From an uncultured virus (IMG/VR IMGVR_UViG_3300029787_000028) (taxonomy: Duplodnaviria; Heunggongvirae; Uroviricota; Caudoviricetes; Crassvirales), in IMG/VR virus record IMGVR_UViG_3300029787_000028, positions 45,138-65,137 of that record: DNA of 20,000 bases; one strand, 5' to 3'. Positions 8,072-15,551 of the stretch are shown piece after piece. The notes beneath the pieces are model-generated. The model was not told where the DNA came from. It worked only from the letters and a program-made list of their open reading frames with translations, and searched no databases. Position numbers and translations under genes: made by a program. How positions within the stretch are numbered: position 1 is the stretch's first letter; each line of letters begins with the position of its first letter.

Positions 8072-8327
8072 CTGTAGTCAGGTTTGAGTATGAAATACGT
8101 TTCTTGTCAATGATGTCCCTCACAATGATGTGCTTATCTGATTTCGCATTCTTTCCATACAGCTCTTGTCCAAGCCTGTGCATGGTTTTGCTGTCATACT
8201 TGCGAATGTCCGCAGGCGTATCAAAGACGGATACTATCCACACGACACGCTCGTGTACAACCTTCTTTTTTTTGAAGGCGACACGAGCGGTCATGTAATA
8301 GATAGGAGCTTTAGAAGGGGAGGTCAT
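8037..8327 (-). CDS. Hypothetical basic protein
   Basis: Likely start at MTSPSKAP (8327). Overlaps the SSB stop and the Nmad1 start. Confidence 0.55.
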   Translation of the reverse strand: MTSPSKAPIYYMTARVAFKKKKVVHERVVWIVSVFDTPADIRKYDSKTMHRLGQELYGKNAKSDKHIIVRDIIDKKRISYSNLTTDEHKRQHQEKV

Positions 8328-8607
8328 CCTCCTTCTGCGCTGCTTTCTTAGCGCGTTTCTCCTTCGCAGCTTCGCTGTTAGGATCGTACACACGGCAGCA
8401 TGACTTGCCGTTCTTAGACATGAACATGGTCAGGTAGATGTTGCCACCTTGTCCTTGTTCGTTACGCGATGTAGCGTACTTCTCAATCATCTCCTTCATC
8501 TCGTGGTCTTTCAGACGCACGGTCCAGGCAATGATGTTTTTGTTGTCGTCCCGCAAGGGCTCTTCAGCGTATCCACAGAGGACGCTGTCATACTTTTGAT
8601 CGCTCAT
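8311..8607 (-). CDS. Putative single-stranded DNA-binding protein
   Basis: Short beta-rich protein ending in the acidic tail EDDLPF, located in the recombination cluster. Likely start MSDQKYD (8607). Confidence 0.65.
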   Translation of the reverse strand: MSDQKYDSVLCGYAEEPLRDDNKNIIAWTVRLKDHEMKEMIEKYATSRNEQGQGGNIYLTMFMSKNGKSCCRVYDPNSEAAKEKRAKKAAQKEDDLPF

Positions 8608-8702
8608 AGTATAGGGTTTAATTAAATAGTTGGTGTAAAAATAGGAGAATGGATAGGGCACATGCCACCCAGAAAACTTGGGTGATTACAATGCCCACAC
8701 AT

Positions 8703-9461
8703 TCAGACAATAAATTCAGCAAAATGCTCTTCAGAGTTTTGTTTTCCATTCAAATAATTGTTGATGTTCTCAAGGGCTTGATGGAATTTCATCTCACCTC
8801 TGAACATGGTTTCTTCTGAACACTTGACGTTAGCTGGGTAGTAGGGGTATGTCTTCTCTTGCACCACCCAGTAAAAATCTTTGATACCAAAGACCTTGCT
8901 GTAGATGTATGCTTGGATGTCATAGCTGAAGCTGTTGACATCATACCTGAACTTGTCTATGCTGCGCGATGACTTCGAATCAATGATGCGATCATCTTGT
9001 AAGCAATCCAAGAACCCCTTGAGTGGCACCCCATCCAGGTCAACATTGAACTCAACCTGGAACTTACCACCATCGAATTGTGTGTAATACAAGCCACAGT
9101 CTTTGAGTCTTGTGATCATCGTCTTGGCCTGATCCCAGTCTTCCTGTGATACAAGCGTTTGATCCGTGTTCTTCGATGCTTGTTCTGCCTTCCACTCTTT
9201 GTATCGCTTTGTGCTTCTAGGATTGCGGCCACCAATATCAGCAACCACATCGCTGTCGTCAAGAGTATAATATAACTCATTGGCTTTGTCTGGTTCGAAC
9301 AACAGCATGTCGTACAACGTGCCAAAGCGTAACGCATCTGACTCTTTCTTCAGCTCACCCCTCATGTACATCTCCCACAAACGCATGTCTCCAAGCGCAT
9401 GCTTAATAGAGCTGTATGAAAGGTGTGGCTTACCCACTGCCTGTTCGAGCTGCTTTCTCAT
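8703..9461 (-). CDS. PD-(D/E)xK exonuclease, RecE/exonuclease VIII (DUF3799)-like
   Basis: LSYSSIK, ALRFGT, LKGFLD, IIDSKS and YDIQAYIY motifs. Confidence 0.8.
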   Translation of the reverse strand: MRKQLEQAVGKPHLSYSSIKHALGDMRLWEMYMRGELKKESDALRFGTLYDMLLFEPDKANELYYTLDDSDVVADIGGRNPRSTKRYKEWKAEQASKNTDQTLVSQEDWDQAKTMITRLKDCGLYYTQFDGGKFQVEFNVDLDGVPLKGFLDCLQDDRIIDSKSSRSIDKFRYDVNSFSYDIQAYIYSKVFGIKDFYWVVQEKTYPYYPANVKCSEETMFRGEMKFHQALENINNYLNGKQNSEEHFAEFIV

Positions 9462-9673
9462 TCTGAGATGCTGTATCGTGCAATCTGAGTGGACTCCCCG
9501 TGCCTGTTGGGGACAGACACAAAGTCTCGTTCGATTTCGTAGCTCATCTCTTTGATGTCATGGATGCGAGCCGCTAGGCGGTAGCACCCAAGATCACGCA
9601 TGGCTTCAAGAGCTGTGATAGATCCGTGGTCACGGATGTATTCCACAATACGAATGGCTTGATTCTGTCTCAT
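9458..9673 (-). CDS. Winged helix-turn-helix protein (HTH_39-like)
   Basis: Q..RI...GSITALEA...GCYRLAARIHDI motif. ATGA-coupled on both sides. Confidence 0.75.
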   Translation of the reverse strand: MRQNQAIRIVEYIRDHGSITALEAMRDLGCYRLAARIHDIKEMSYEIERDFVSVPNRHGESTQIARYSISE

Positions 9674-10224
9674 CGTACAAACTTCTGGAGTCCTGCCACC
9701 TGCTTGTCCGTAAGCTGTTCACCATACTTCTTGGTGATGGCCTGGAAAGCTTTCTTCTTGTCTGATTGAGACTTGATGTACCCTACAGCTTTGTCCATGA
9801 TGTTTTCGACGGGGGCATCAAGGGCTTTCGCAAGTTTCTGTACAACAGGATTGTCCACGAGTTCTTGCTGCTTCGCAATGGCTTCTTCCACTTCATTGGC
9901 CGAGGCGATAGAGGTATCAATGCCGATTCCGAGCATGGCCAATGAACGCCCAACGGCTGATGTTTCACAGTTTTCGACATAGCTAGTCTTGTTGATGTTA
10001 GATGATCCGCGCTCCTCGTGGGCATGACCCACAGCCACCACACGCCCCTGCTCATTGGCAATTGTGCATTTGCAAACGCACGTCTTGTCGTCTAGCATGG
10101 GGAAGTCTGTTGCTATCGTCCAGTTTTTGTACTGCTGCTCTTGTCGAAAGAACTTGATGCGTTCGTTGACTTCAACGTACTGCTTGCCACGGATGTTCGT
10201 GGTCTTGAATTTGTAGTTTGACAT
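9670..10224 (-). CDS. Putative ssDNA-annealing recombinase (Rad52/Sak-like SSAP)
   Basis: GKQYVEVNERI...GHAHE...ENCETSAVGRSLAMLGIG motif. Lies upstream of the exonuclease and SSB. Confidence 0.6.
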   Translation of the reverse strand: MSNYKFKTTNIRGKQYVEVNERIKFFRQEQQYKNWTIATDFPMLDDKTCVCKCTIANEQGRVVAVGHAHEERGSSNINKTSYVENCETSAVGRSLAMLGIGIDTSIASANEVEEAIAKQQELVDNPVVQKLAKALDAPVENIMDKAVGYIKSQSDKKKAFQAITKKYGEQLTDKQVAGLQKFVR

Positions 10225-10246
10225 TGAGTTGAATTGAATTGTTGTG

Positions 10247-10277
10247 CAAATCTATGTTGAAAGTTATTTCTGTGCAA
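10247..10277 (-). promoter_or_regulatory. Bacteroidota housekeeping promoter driving the recombination/replication genes
   Basis: Minus strand reads TTG-20 nt-TAGATTTG (TAnnTTTG at 10247-10254), about 23 nt before the SSAP ATG. Confidence 0.7.
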
Positions 10278-10695
10278 GTCCCTTGTTCTGTTTGGCTAGA
10301 ATCCTGCACTTCATGTCCATCAGGCCAATGATGACTCTGTCTATGTCCTCAAGGGCTCTGCGTGGACTGATGTCTACGTTGTATGACTCATGAAAGATGG
10401 GTGCAATGTCCAATCCTCTTGTCACATTATTCACCACCTCAACTGCTGTTGCATACTTGTTGCGATACGCGGGTGAGAACCTGATCATGGGTTCGTGCTC
10501 TTTGTTGTAGTGTACGATCGAGCTGTGGTCCTTGTCGAACAAAGCACCAATACTGGCGTATGACAGGTATGGTCGAAGGGCGTTCGATACAGCTGCACGG
10601 TGTTCAACCATGGGTCTGTATCGTTTGACATCGTCAATCTTTTCCCCAATCTGTCTTTCATATTCCGCTCTGACCTGAACGGCTAACTCACTCAT
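10264..10695 (-). CDS. DnaA domain IV-like HTH DNA-binding protein
   Basis: R.R.MVEHR...LSYASIGALFDKDHSSIVH resembles DnaA-C SLxxIGxxFxRDHTTVxH. Likely start MSELAVQ (10695). Confidence 0.65.
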   Translation of the reverse strand: MSELAVQVRAEYERQIGEKIDDVKRYRPMVEHRAAVSNALRPYLSYASIGALFDKDHSSIVHYNKEHEPMIRFSPAYRNKYATAVEVVNNVTRGLDIAPIFHESYNVDISPRRALEDIDRVIIGLMDMKCRILAKQNKGLAQK

Positions 10696-11071
10696 TATTC
10701 CTCTCATTGTGTTGGTGCTTTGCAATCTCTAGGATTCGCAAATATGTGGCCAACACCTTGAACGTGTCAAGTACAGACGTGTGGAATTTTTCGATTTCCT
10801 CAAAGCTTAGGCGGTCTGACTGCGACAAACCCATGTCATCAATCAGTTCTTCTCCTGCCAAACGGGACTTGAGTTCGTCCACCACCACGCCAATGGTGAT
10901 GCCAGCAACATCTACAAATCCATCTGCTACCTCTGAACCGCTTTGATTGAGCCAGTCCTTTGCCCCCATCTTGAAAACATCAAGACGTACAAGCTTTCCT
11001 GCGATGATAGTGGAGTGCTCTCCATCCTGTTCCTGCTTGTCTACGATTTTGTGAATATTTTTTTGTGTCAT
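10688..11071 (-). CDS. Hypothetical protein
   Basis: 127-aa ORF overlapping the next start. Confidence 0.7.
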   Translation of the reverse strand: MTQKNIHKIVDKQEQDGEHSTIIAGKLVRLDVFKMGAKDWLNQSGSEVADGFVDVAGITIGVVVDELKSRLAGEELIDDMGLSQSDRLSFEEIEKFHTSVLDTFKVLATYLRILEIAKHQHNERNNE

Positions 11072-11126
11072 GCTTTGTAGCTGTTTATATGTTAGTTTGT
11101 ATATAGATATATAAGCTTATATACTG

Positions 11127-11339
11127 TTAAGAAGCAGGTGGTTCATCCTTTGATTCATTCGAATCATCATATCCCTCTGGTCTCCAACCACTTAACAGCT
11201 TCCTCTTAGTGTACTCCTCCAAGACCTGTGGGTTATCTTTCAAGAATCTCTGCATTTTACGTCGCCTGGCTCGCGGCGTGTGATCGTTCCTGCCCACGTC
11301 AAACTGCGGGACAGATGGGGGTGTGTCTTTCTTAGGCAT
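11127..11339 (-). CDS. Hypothetical protein
   Basis: Likely start MPKKDTPP (11339), overlapping the upstream stop. Confidence 0.55.
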   Translation of the reverse strand: MPKKDTPPSVPQFDVGRNDHTPRARRRKMQRFLKDNPQVLEEYTKRKLLSGWRPEGYDDSNESKDEPPAS

Positions 11340-11718
11340 AGATTCCTCTTTTGTGTGTGAACATGGCATTCAACTGCAAGCCATCTCTGTTGTCGTGCGT
11401 GTCTGTAAACCAGTGCGGGTTCTTCCGTGGGTTGTACTTATAGTGCGTCATCTCATCAATGCTGTATGATTTCATGCTGTAGTCCGCGTCCCAGACGGCG
11501 ATGTTCTCGCACTCCACCCACGCACAGACCGTCTTGTTTTCTCCATTAAAGATTCTCTTGGCCGTCGCGGGTTGATTGCCAAGCTTGCAGTCTAGCATCT
11601 GAATGCTGTACGAATCAGGCTCGTAGTATTTTTTGGTGCCTCGCTTCTTGTCGAACACCTGCCACTTCATGTAGTTCTCACCTTTGGCCAGGTGGAATCG
11701 CACCCTGTATCTTTTCAT
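11332..11718 (-). CDS. Phage hypothetical protein
   Basis: 128-aa ORF containing RVRFHL..G..YMKWQV...KTVCAWV...YNPRKNPHW. Confidence 0.7.
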   Translation of the reverse strand: MKRYRVRFHLAKGENYMKWQVFDKKRGTKKYYEPDSYSIQMLDCKLGNQPATAKRIFNGENKTVCAWVECENIAVWDADYSMKSYSIDEMTHYKYNPRKNPHWFTDTHDNRDGLQLNAMFTHKRGIYA

Positions 11719-11730
11719 GTTGCATGAATT

Positions 11731-12369
11731 TTAAGCATTTAGTTTTTCCATTTGGTAATTTGCAAGCTTCTCGAAATTCCTGACCCCTGTGTACATGTCA
11801 TACCACGTCCTGTCTTCCATCTCATCCCACAGGAAGTCAATGGTCCTGGCTGATGCCTCTTTGTGTGTTACGTTTAGTGCCATCGTGCTCACCAGATAGC
11901 ACAGTGCATTCTCAGGCAGGTTATGGTTGTTAAGCTCTAAAAAATTGTAGTCGTATTCGCTTGTTAGGTGGGGGACCATCATAGAAGCAAGACTCTTTCG
12001 AGTCCTGCCCTTCTTAATGCCTGAATCCTTAATGAATTTCATACGTCGCTCCCAGATGCCTGGCGCATGCCTTTGAACCATTTTGTCCCTGTTTTCAGAC
12101 TCCACATGTGATCTCATGACGGCATATATCTTGCTGTAGAAAGCAAGCACATCGTCGTACTCGTCTTCTTCGATGCTATGAGCCTCCATAAAATGATGTA
12201 AATCTTTCTTTAATGTGTCAGTGTCAACCTCTCTGATTGTCTCTGTAGGGATGCCCATGGACACCATGATTTCTGGGTTCCATAAAGCTCTTGCCATATC
12301 TTGCTTCGACTCCGTAGATGTGATTGCCGCGCTCAGAATCTGAAGCTCATGTCCTTGCAGTTCTTTCAT
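11731..12369 (-). CDS. Hypothetical protein
   Basis: 212-aa ORF, ATGA-coupled to the upstream gene. Confidence 0.7.
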   Translation of the reverse strand: MKELQGHELQILSAAITSTESKQDMARALWNPEIMVSMGIPTETIREVDTDTLKKDLHHFMEAHSIEEDEYDDVLAFYSKIYAVMRSHVESENRDKMVQRHAPGIWERRMKFIKDSGIKKGRTRKSLASMMVPHLTSEYDYNFLELNNHNLPENALCYLVSTMALNVTHKEASARTIDFLWDEMEDRTWYDMYTGVRNFEKLANYQMEKLNA

Positions 12370-12617
12370 GTCAATCGTTTAGGGGTTTCTTGAGGAAGGC
12401 TGTCGAAGTTCTTGCTTTCAAGCCTGCGATGTTCTGCTTTTATTTCAGGGTTGCTCATGAGTGCAGCCCTCTTGAGCTCATAGTTCAACAGCTTGCCGCA
12501 CTCCCCTACAAGCTTCGCTGTCGCTGTCGCCTTAAAGACATCAATCTCATCGTTGTCTAACTTCTCTAGGGTTGATGTGAGCTTGTGAAACAGGCTCTTT
12601 GTATTTACTGGTTGCAT
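12366..12617 (-). CDS. Hypothetical protein
   Basis: 83-aa helical ORF with an AT-rich leader. Confidence 0.7.
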   Translation of the reverse strand: MQPVNTKSLFHKLTSTLEKLDNDEIDVFKATATAKLVGECGKLLNYELKRAALMSNPEIKAEHRRLESKNFDSLPQETPKRLT

Positions 12618-12631
12618 AATTATGGGTTTAA

Positions 12632-13006
12632 TTAGTTTTTGTCTTCTTCACGCTTGATGAGCTTGCGTTCAAGCATGGCAATCTGGTCGTCACGCAAGGC
12701 TACGAGTTCACGCTGCTCACGCCACGCTTTCTTGTACACTTGTGTCTCATGATGCTCATCTTTGTGTGCTTTCTCAAGCTCTGCAATCTCGTCTGTCATC
12801 AGGGCCATGTTGGTCTTGAGTTCCTCGTTGCGCTCGCCCACCTCTACGTTCTCGTCGAGAAGCCTGTCAGCGTATTGCTTCATGTTGTTGTATGCGTGTT
12901 CAAGCTCATCGACTTCACTCTTGAGTTTCTCAACTTCATTGGTTGCAATCATGAGGCGGTCATTGAGGGCGGCCTCAAGCCCTGTGTTTTTTGCGTATGT
13001 GTTCAT
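12632..13006 (-). CDS. Coiled-coil protein
   Basis: Continuous E/K/L heptads. The ATG at 13006 overlaps the upstream TGA (TGATG). Confidence 0.7.
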   Translation of the reverse strand: MNTYAKNTGLEAALNDRLMIATNEVEKLKSEVDELEHAYNNMKQYADRLLDENVEVGERNEELKTNMALMTDEIAELEKAHKDEHHETQVYKKAWREQRELVALRDDQIAMLERKLIKREEDKN

Positions 13007-13185
13007 CACCAATCAATTACTGCGTTGTGGTTTATTGTTGTGAGGTGTACTTCGTTGGAGAACGGCAGGCTCTGCACAAAGAAGTCGTAGGTGTCGTCTG
13101 TCACGATCACGCCACGCACATCTAATGTGACGAGCGCGTCGTCTGGGTATTCGTACAGGGCGTCGATGAGTTCAGCTTTCGTCAT
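13006..13185 (-). CDS. Small hypothetical protein (59 aa, not in ORF track)
   Basis: MTKAELIDALYEYPDDALVTLDV...VIDW*, coupled to the downstream gene. Confidence 0.65.
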   Translation of the reverse strand: MTKAELIDALYEYPDDALVTLDVRGVIVTDDTYDFFVQSLPFSNEVHLTTINHNAVIDW

Positions 13186-13291
13186 GGTATTCGTTTTCGA
13201 GTTTGTAAAGGGTGTCCAGAACCTGTTGCAGTTCGTACTTGATGTCCGCCACTTTGTGGCAGAGGTCTGCGATGATTTCGTGTTTAGTCAT
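13172..13291 (-). CDS. Small hypothetical protein (39 aa)
   Basis: MTKHEIIADLCHKV...HDES*. ATGA overlap with the upstream ORF. Confidence 0.5.
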   Translation of the reverse strand: MTKHEIIADLCHKVADIKYELQQVLDTLYKLENEYHDES

Positions 13292-13383
13292 TTGTCTTGG
13301 ATGTGTCTGATTATGCATAGGATTCCCAGTGCTGTCAGGTACATGGATAGTCCTGACAGGCAGTAGATGTCGAACGTGGTCAT
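13288..13383 (-). CDS. Small membrane peptide (31 aa)
   Basis: MTTFDIYCLSGLSMYLTALGILCIIRHIQDK*, preceded by a TCAAACTT leader. Confidence 0.5.
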   Translation of the reverse strand: MTTFDIYCLSGLSMYLTALGILCIIRHIQDK

Positions 13384-13444
13384 GAATTAAAGTTTGAAAG
13401 TGGTGAGGTCGCCCCTCATAATCTTGACTTGATTGTCGTGCGTG

Positions 13445-13509
13445 TGGAAGGGAGGTTGGGATTCGAACACAACTGCCATCGTATGATGTACGCACCATCT
13501 GCGCTCCCT
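13445..13509 (-). ncRNA. tRNA-like element (short/degenerate, no canonical anticodon arm)
   Basis: AGGGAG/CTCCCT acceptor stem plus T-CCA, T-arm with a TTCGAAT loop, D-like hairpin GCA-GATGG-TGC, and a central hairpin CATC-ATAC-GATG. Confidence 0.5.
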
Positions 13510-13511
13510 TG

Positions 13512-13550
13512 AAAAAGGTGGGGGTGGCATGACGTTTCATACACACCCCC
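13512..13550 (-). terminator. GC-rich hairpin followed by a U-tract (terminator or processing site)
   Basis: Minus strand GGGGGTG-T-GTATGA-AACG-TCATGC-CACCCCC-ACC-TTTTT, just after the stop at 13562. Confidence 0.5.
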
Positions 13551-13561
13551 TTGGTCAAACT

Positions 13562-13774
13562 TCACTCAACCAAATACTTTTTGTACTGAACTACCATGTC
13601 AATCGCTTGAATCATGGCGTATGTCTTCTGTTGCTCGATGGTTCCTGCCACTTGTGGCTTGGGCAAAGTAAACTTAAAACAGCCTTCCTTGCAAATGTGC
13701 CCCATCGTGACACTACCCATCATGATCGCCTGTGCGATGTCATTTGTCAGCTTTATCTTCTCCTGATGTGTCAT
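13562..13774 (-). CDS. Hypothetical protein
   Basis: 70-aa ORF in the early-gene array. Confidence 0.6.
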   Translation of the reverse strand: MTHQEKIKLTNDIAQAIMMGSVTMGHICKEGCFKFTLPKPQVAGTIEQQKTYAMIQAIDMVVQYKKYLVE

Positions 13775-13892
13775 TCTTTTTTTTCTTCAATGGTGGGATG
13801 GTCACGAAGTGAATGTTGTGCTTCTTGAGTGCCTTCTCTTGCATCTGTGCAAGCTCCTTCACGAGGTTGAATTGTGTGTTGTCGTTGCTCAT
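13740..13892 (-). CDS. Small hypothetical protein (50 aa)
   Basis: MSNDNTQFNLVKELAQMQEK...*, ATGA-coupled. Confidence 0.45.
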   Translation of the reverse strand: MSNDNTQFNLVKELAQMQEKALKKHNIHFVTIPPLKKKKNDTSGEDKADK

Positions 13893-14035
13893 GTCAAATC
13901 AAATGCTGTGCCTTTGAAGGCGTTTTCGAGGATGCGTTTGTTGTTGCCGTCTGCATGATACCATGTGTCGATGAGTCGATACATGAATCCACCGCAGGTC
14001 TTTTGGCGTTGCTCTAATTTTTCGCTCTGTGTCAT
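13889..14035 (-). CDS. Small phage protein (48 aa)
   Basis: MTQSEKLEQRQKTCGGFMYRLIDTWYHADGNNKRILENAF...*, ATGA-coupled on both sides. Confidence 0.6.
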   Translation of the reverse strand: MTQSEKLEQRQKTCGGFMYRLIDTWYHADGNNKRILENAFKGTAFDLT

Positions 14036-14208
14036 GATTGTGGTGTGATGTTGAATGAACGGACTTCGTAGAATTTTTGGTACCCATCCTTGTAGTTGTC
14101 CAACTGCCTCTGTGCTTGCTCTTTCTTCTCGAAGAAGGTGTGAGAGCCAAAGATTGCGTCAGATGCAGGGTTGCCTGTGGTGACGTGTGATACTGCGTAT
14201 AATGTCAT
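14032..14208 (-). CDS. Small hypothetical protein (58 aa)
   Basis: MTLYAVSHVTTGNPASDAIFGSHTFF...*, ATGA-coupled on both sides. Confidence 0.6.
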   Translation of the reverse strand: MTLYAVSHVTTGNPASDAIFGSHTFFEKKEQAQRQLDNYKDGYQKFYEVRSFNITPQS

Positions 14209-14396
14209 GATTCTTGTTCTTGTTTTAAGAGTTCGAGGTGTTGGTCTGCTCTCCAGATGATTTCCTGCTTGGAGATTTGAACGTACACGTCTGGGTTGGA
14301 GGTCATGACGAGGATGGTGCCGTCGTCTTCGAGTTCAGCGGGGATTTCAAATCGCTCTAAGCATTCGAGGCAATCTTGTAGTGTGATTTTATGCAT
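14205..14396 (-). CDS. Small hypothetical protein (63 aa)
   Basis: Likely start MHKITLQD (14396), overlapping the upstream stop. Confidence 0.55.
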   Translation of the reverse strand: MHKITLQDCLECLERFEIPAELEDDGTILVMTSNPDVYVQISKQEIIWRADQHLELLKQEQES

Positions 14397-14697
14397 TGTC
14401 TTGAGTTTCAGTATTAAGTTTTGAGCATTCCTCGTAGTGCGAAGCCGTTGCGTCATCGACGTAGCCGCACTCATCGCATGGCTCAACTTCTTCGTATTGA
14501 TAGTCGTCCTCGTCCTCCCACTCCGTGTAGTAGTAGTATTCGTCGTCGTATGCCTCCTGTGCGGTCTTGTATGATGTGTGCTCCTTGAGCCACCATTCGA
14601 TGCCCACCTCTTCAGAGACATAGTATGCACCATCGCAGATGCAGAATCCTTTGTTCATGCCCTCTCCTGTGACGGAGCATTGTCTTGCGTACTTCAT
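14389..14697 (-). CDS. Acidic Tyr/Cys-rich early protein (102 aa)
   Basis: Likely start MKYARQC (14697). Contains AYDDEYYYYTEWEDEDDYQYEE and CDEC. Confidence 0.65.
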   Translation of the reverse strand: MKYARQCSVTGEGMNKGFCICDGAYYVSEEVGIEWWLKEHTSYKTAQEAYDDEYYYYTEWEDEDDYQYEEVEPCDECGYVDDATASHYEECSKLNTETQDNA

Positions 14698-14698
14698 G

Positions 14699-15034
14699 TC
14701 AGTGTGTTTTGCGTTTGATGTCGTTGCCTGTTTTGACGGACACGCTTCCGTCTGCATGGAGGTGATACTCGTACTCCTCCCACACCTCTGCGTCGATGGG
14801 GATGATGCCCCACCCTGTGTCCCGTGACGAGTCAAGTTTGTACTTCTGTGCGTCGAATGCGCTTGACCGCAGGAGTTGTGCGAGTTTGTAGTCAGGGTCG
14901 TCGCCCCGTGCCTCTGTGAAGGTTCTGTTGAACTCCTCAAGCCAAGGGAGGGTAGCTGTTTCGTACCCGTCCCAATGCTTGTATGCTTTCACGGAAGTCT
15001 GTCCCTCCACAATGATGGTTGCTCGTGTTGCCAT
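14699..15034 (-). CDS. Phage early protein (YxHWDGY motif)
   Basis: MATRATI...YKHWDGY...EYEYHL, a pattern I recognise from small phage early proteins. Confidence 0.7.
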   Translation of the reverse strand: MATRATIIVEGQTSVKAYKHWDGYETATLPWLEEFNRTFTEARGDDPDYKLAQLLRSSAFDAQKYKLDSSRDTGWGIIPIDAEVWEEYEYHLHADGSVSVKTGNDIKRKTH

Positions 15035-15036
15035 GA

Positions 15037-15309
15037 TTAGCTGTATTTTTCTTCAATTCGTTGTTGAGTTGCTTCACAGCATTCCACCCATGCTTCCATA
15101 TTGATGAGTGATACTGCGCCTCCTTTTTTACGTCGCTTTCGTTCGTCTTCAAGGATTTGCTCCTTGGCTTCGACGTAGTGGTCGAGGCCACGCTGAAGGC
15201 AGTCGAGGACTACCATTTGCACGAGTGCTCCGTGCTTGTTGTACCCTGTCATGAGATGTGACATGAACTCGTCGTTGGTCATGTCCTTGATGTCGATGGG
15301 ACTTTTCAT
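15037..15309 (-). CDS. Hypothetical protein
   Basis: 90-aa ORF directly preceded by the TCAAACTTCACA leader. Confidence 0.7.
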   Translation of the reverse strand: MKSPIDIKDMTNDEFMSHLMTGYNKHGALVQMVVLDCLQRGLDHYVEAKEQILEDERKRRKKGGAVSLINMEAWVECCEATQQRIEEKYS

Positions 15310-15330
15310 GGTTGTGAAGTTTGAGTTGTT

Positions 15331-15387
15331 TAGTGTGTTCGTGTGTTAGACTCTTCACTATGTTCAGAGTCTAACACACTCACACTA
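15331..15387. repeat. Long inverted repeat/hairpin
   Basis: GTGTGTTAGACTCT-(11 nt)-AGAGTCTAACACAC (14 bp perfect), extended by TAGTGTG/CACACTA. Confidence 0.85.
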
Positions 15388-15389
15388 CA

Positions 15390-15551
15390 TTAGTGGTTGG
15401 TGGGGTTGACTTCCCACACTTCGTCGAGATGATACCTGTGCTTGCGTTTCATATATTGTATGAAGTTATCATAGTGGTTCTTGTCACGGAATGTTTTACT
15501 AATAGTAAACTTCCTGCCATAGGGGATGATGAACTGAATTTTCAAGTCCAT
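15390..15551 (-). CDS. Small hypothetical protein (53 aa, not in ORF track)
   Basis: MDLKIQFIIPYGRKFTISKTFRDKNHYDNFIQYMKRKH...*. Confidence 0.55.
   Translation of the reverse strand: MDLKIQFIIPYGRKFTISKTFRDKNHYDNFIQYMKRKHRYHLDEVWEVNPTNH

Noticed and set aside
13445..13509. Functional canonical tRNA gene or attP site
   Set aside because: There is no 7-nt anticodon loop, the element is too short, and no integrase is in the window. Kept only as a tRNA-like element.
13172..13558. 128-aa ORF as listed in the track
   Set aside because: Its 5' part crosses the hairpin and tRNA-like element and another coupled ORF. Only 13172-13291 looks coding.
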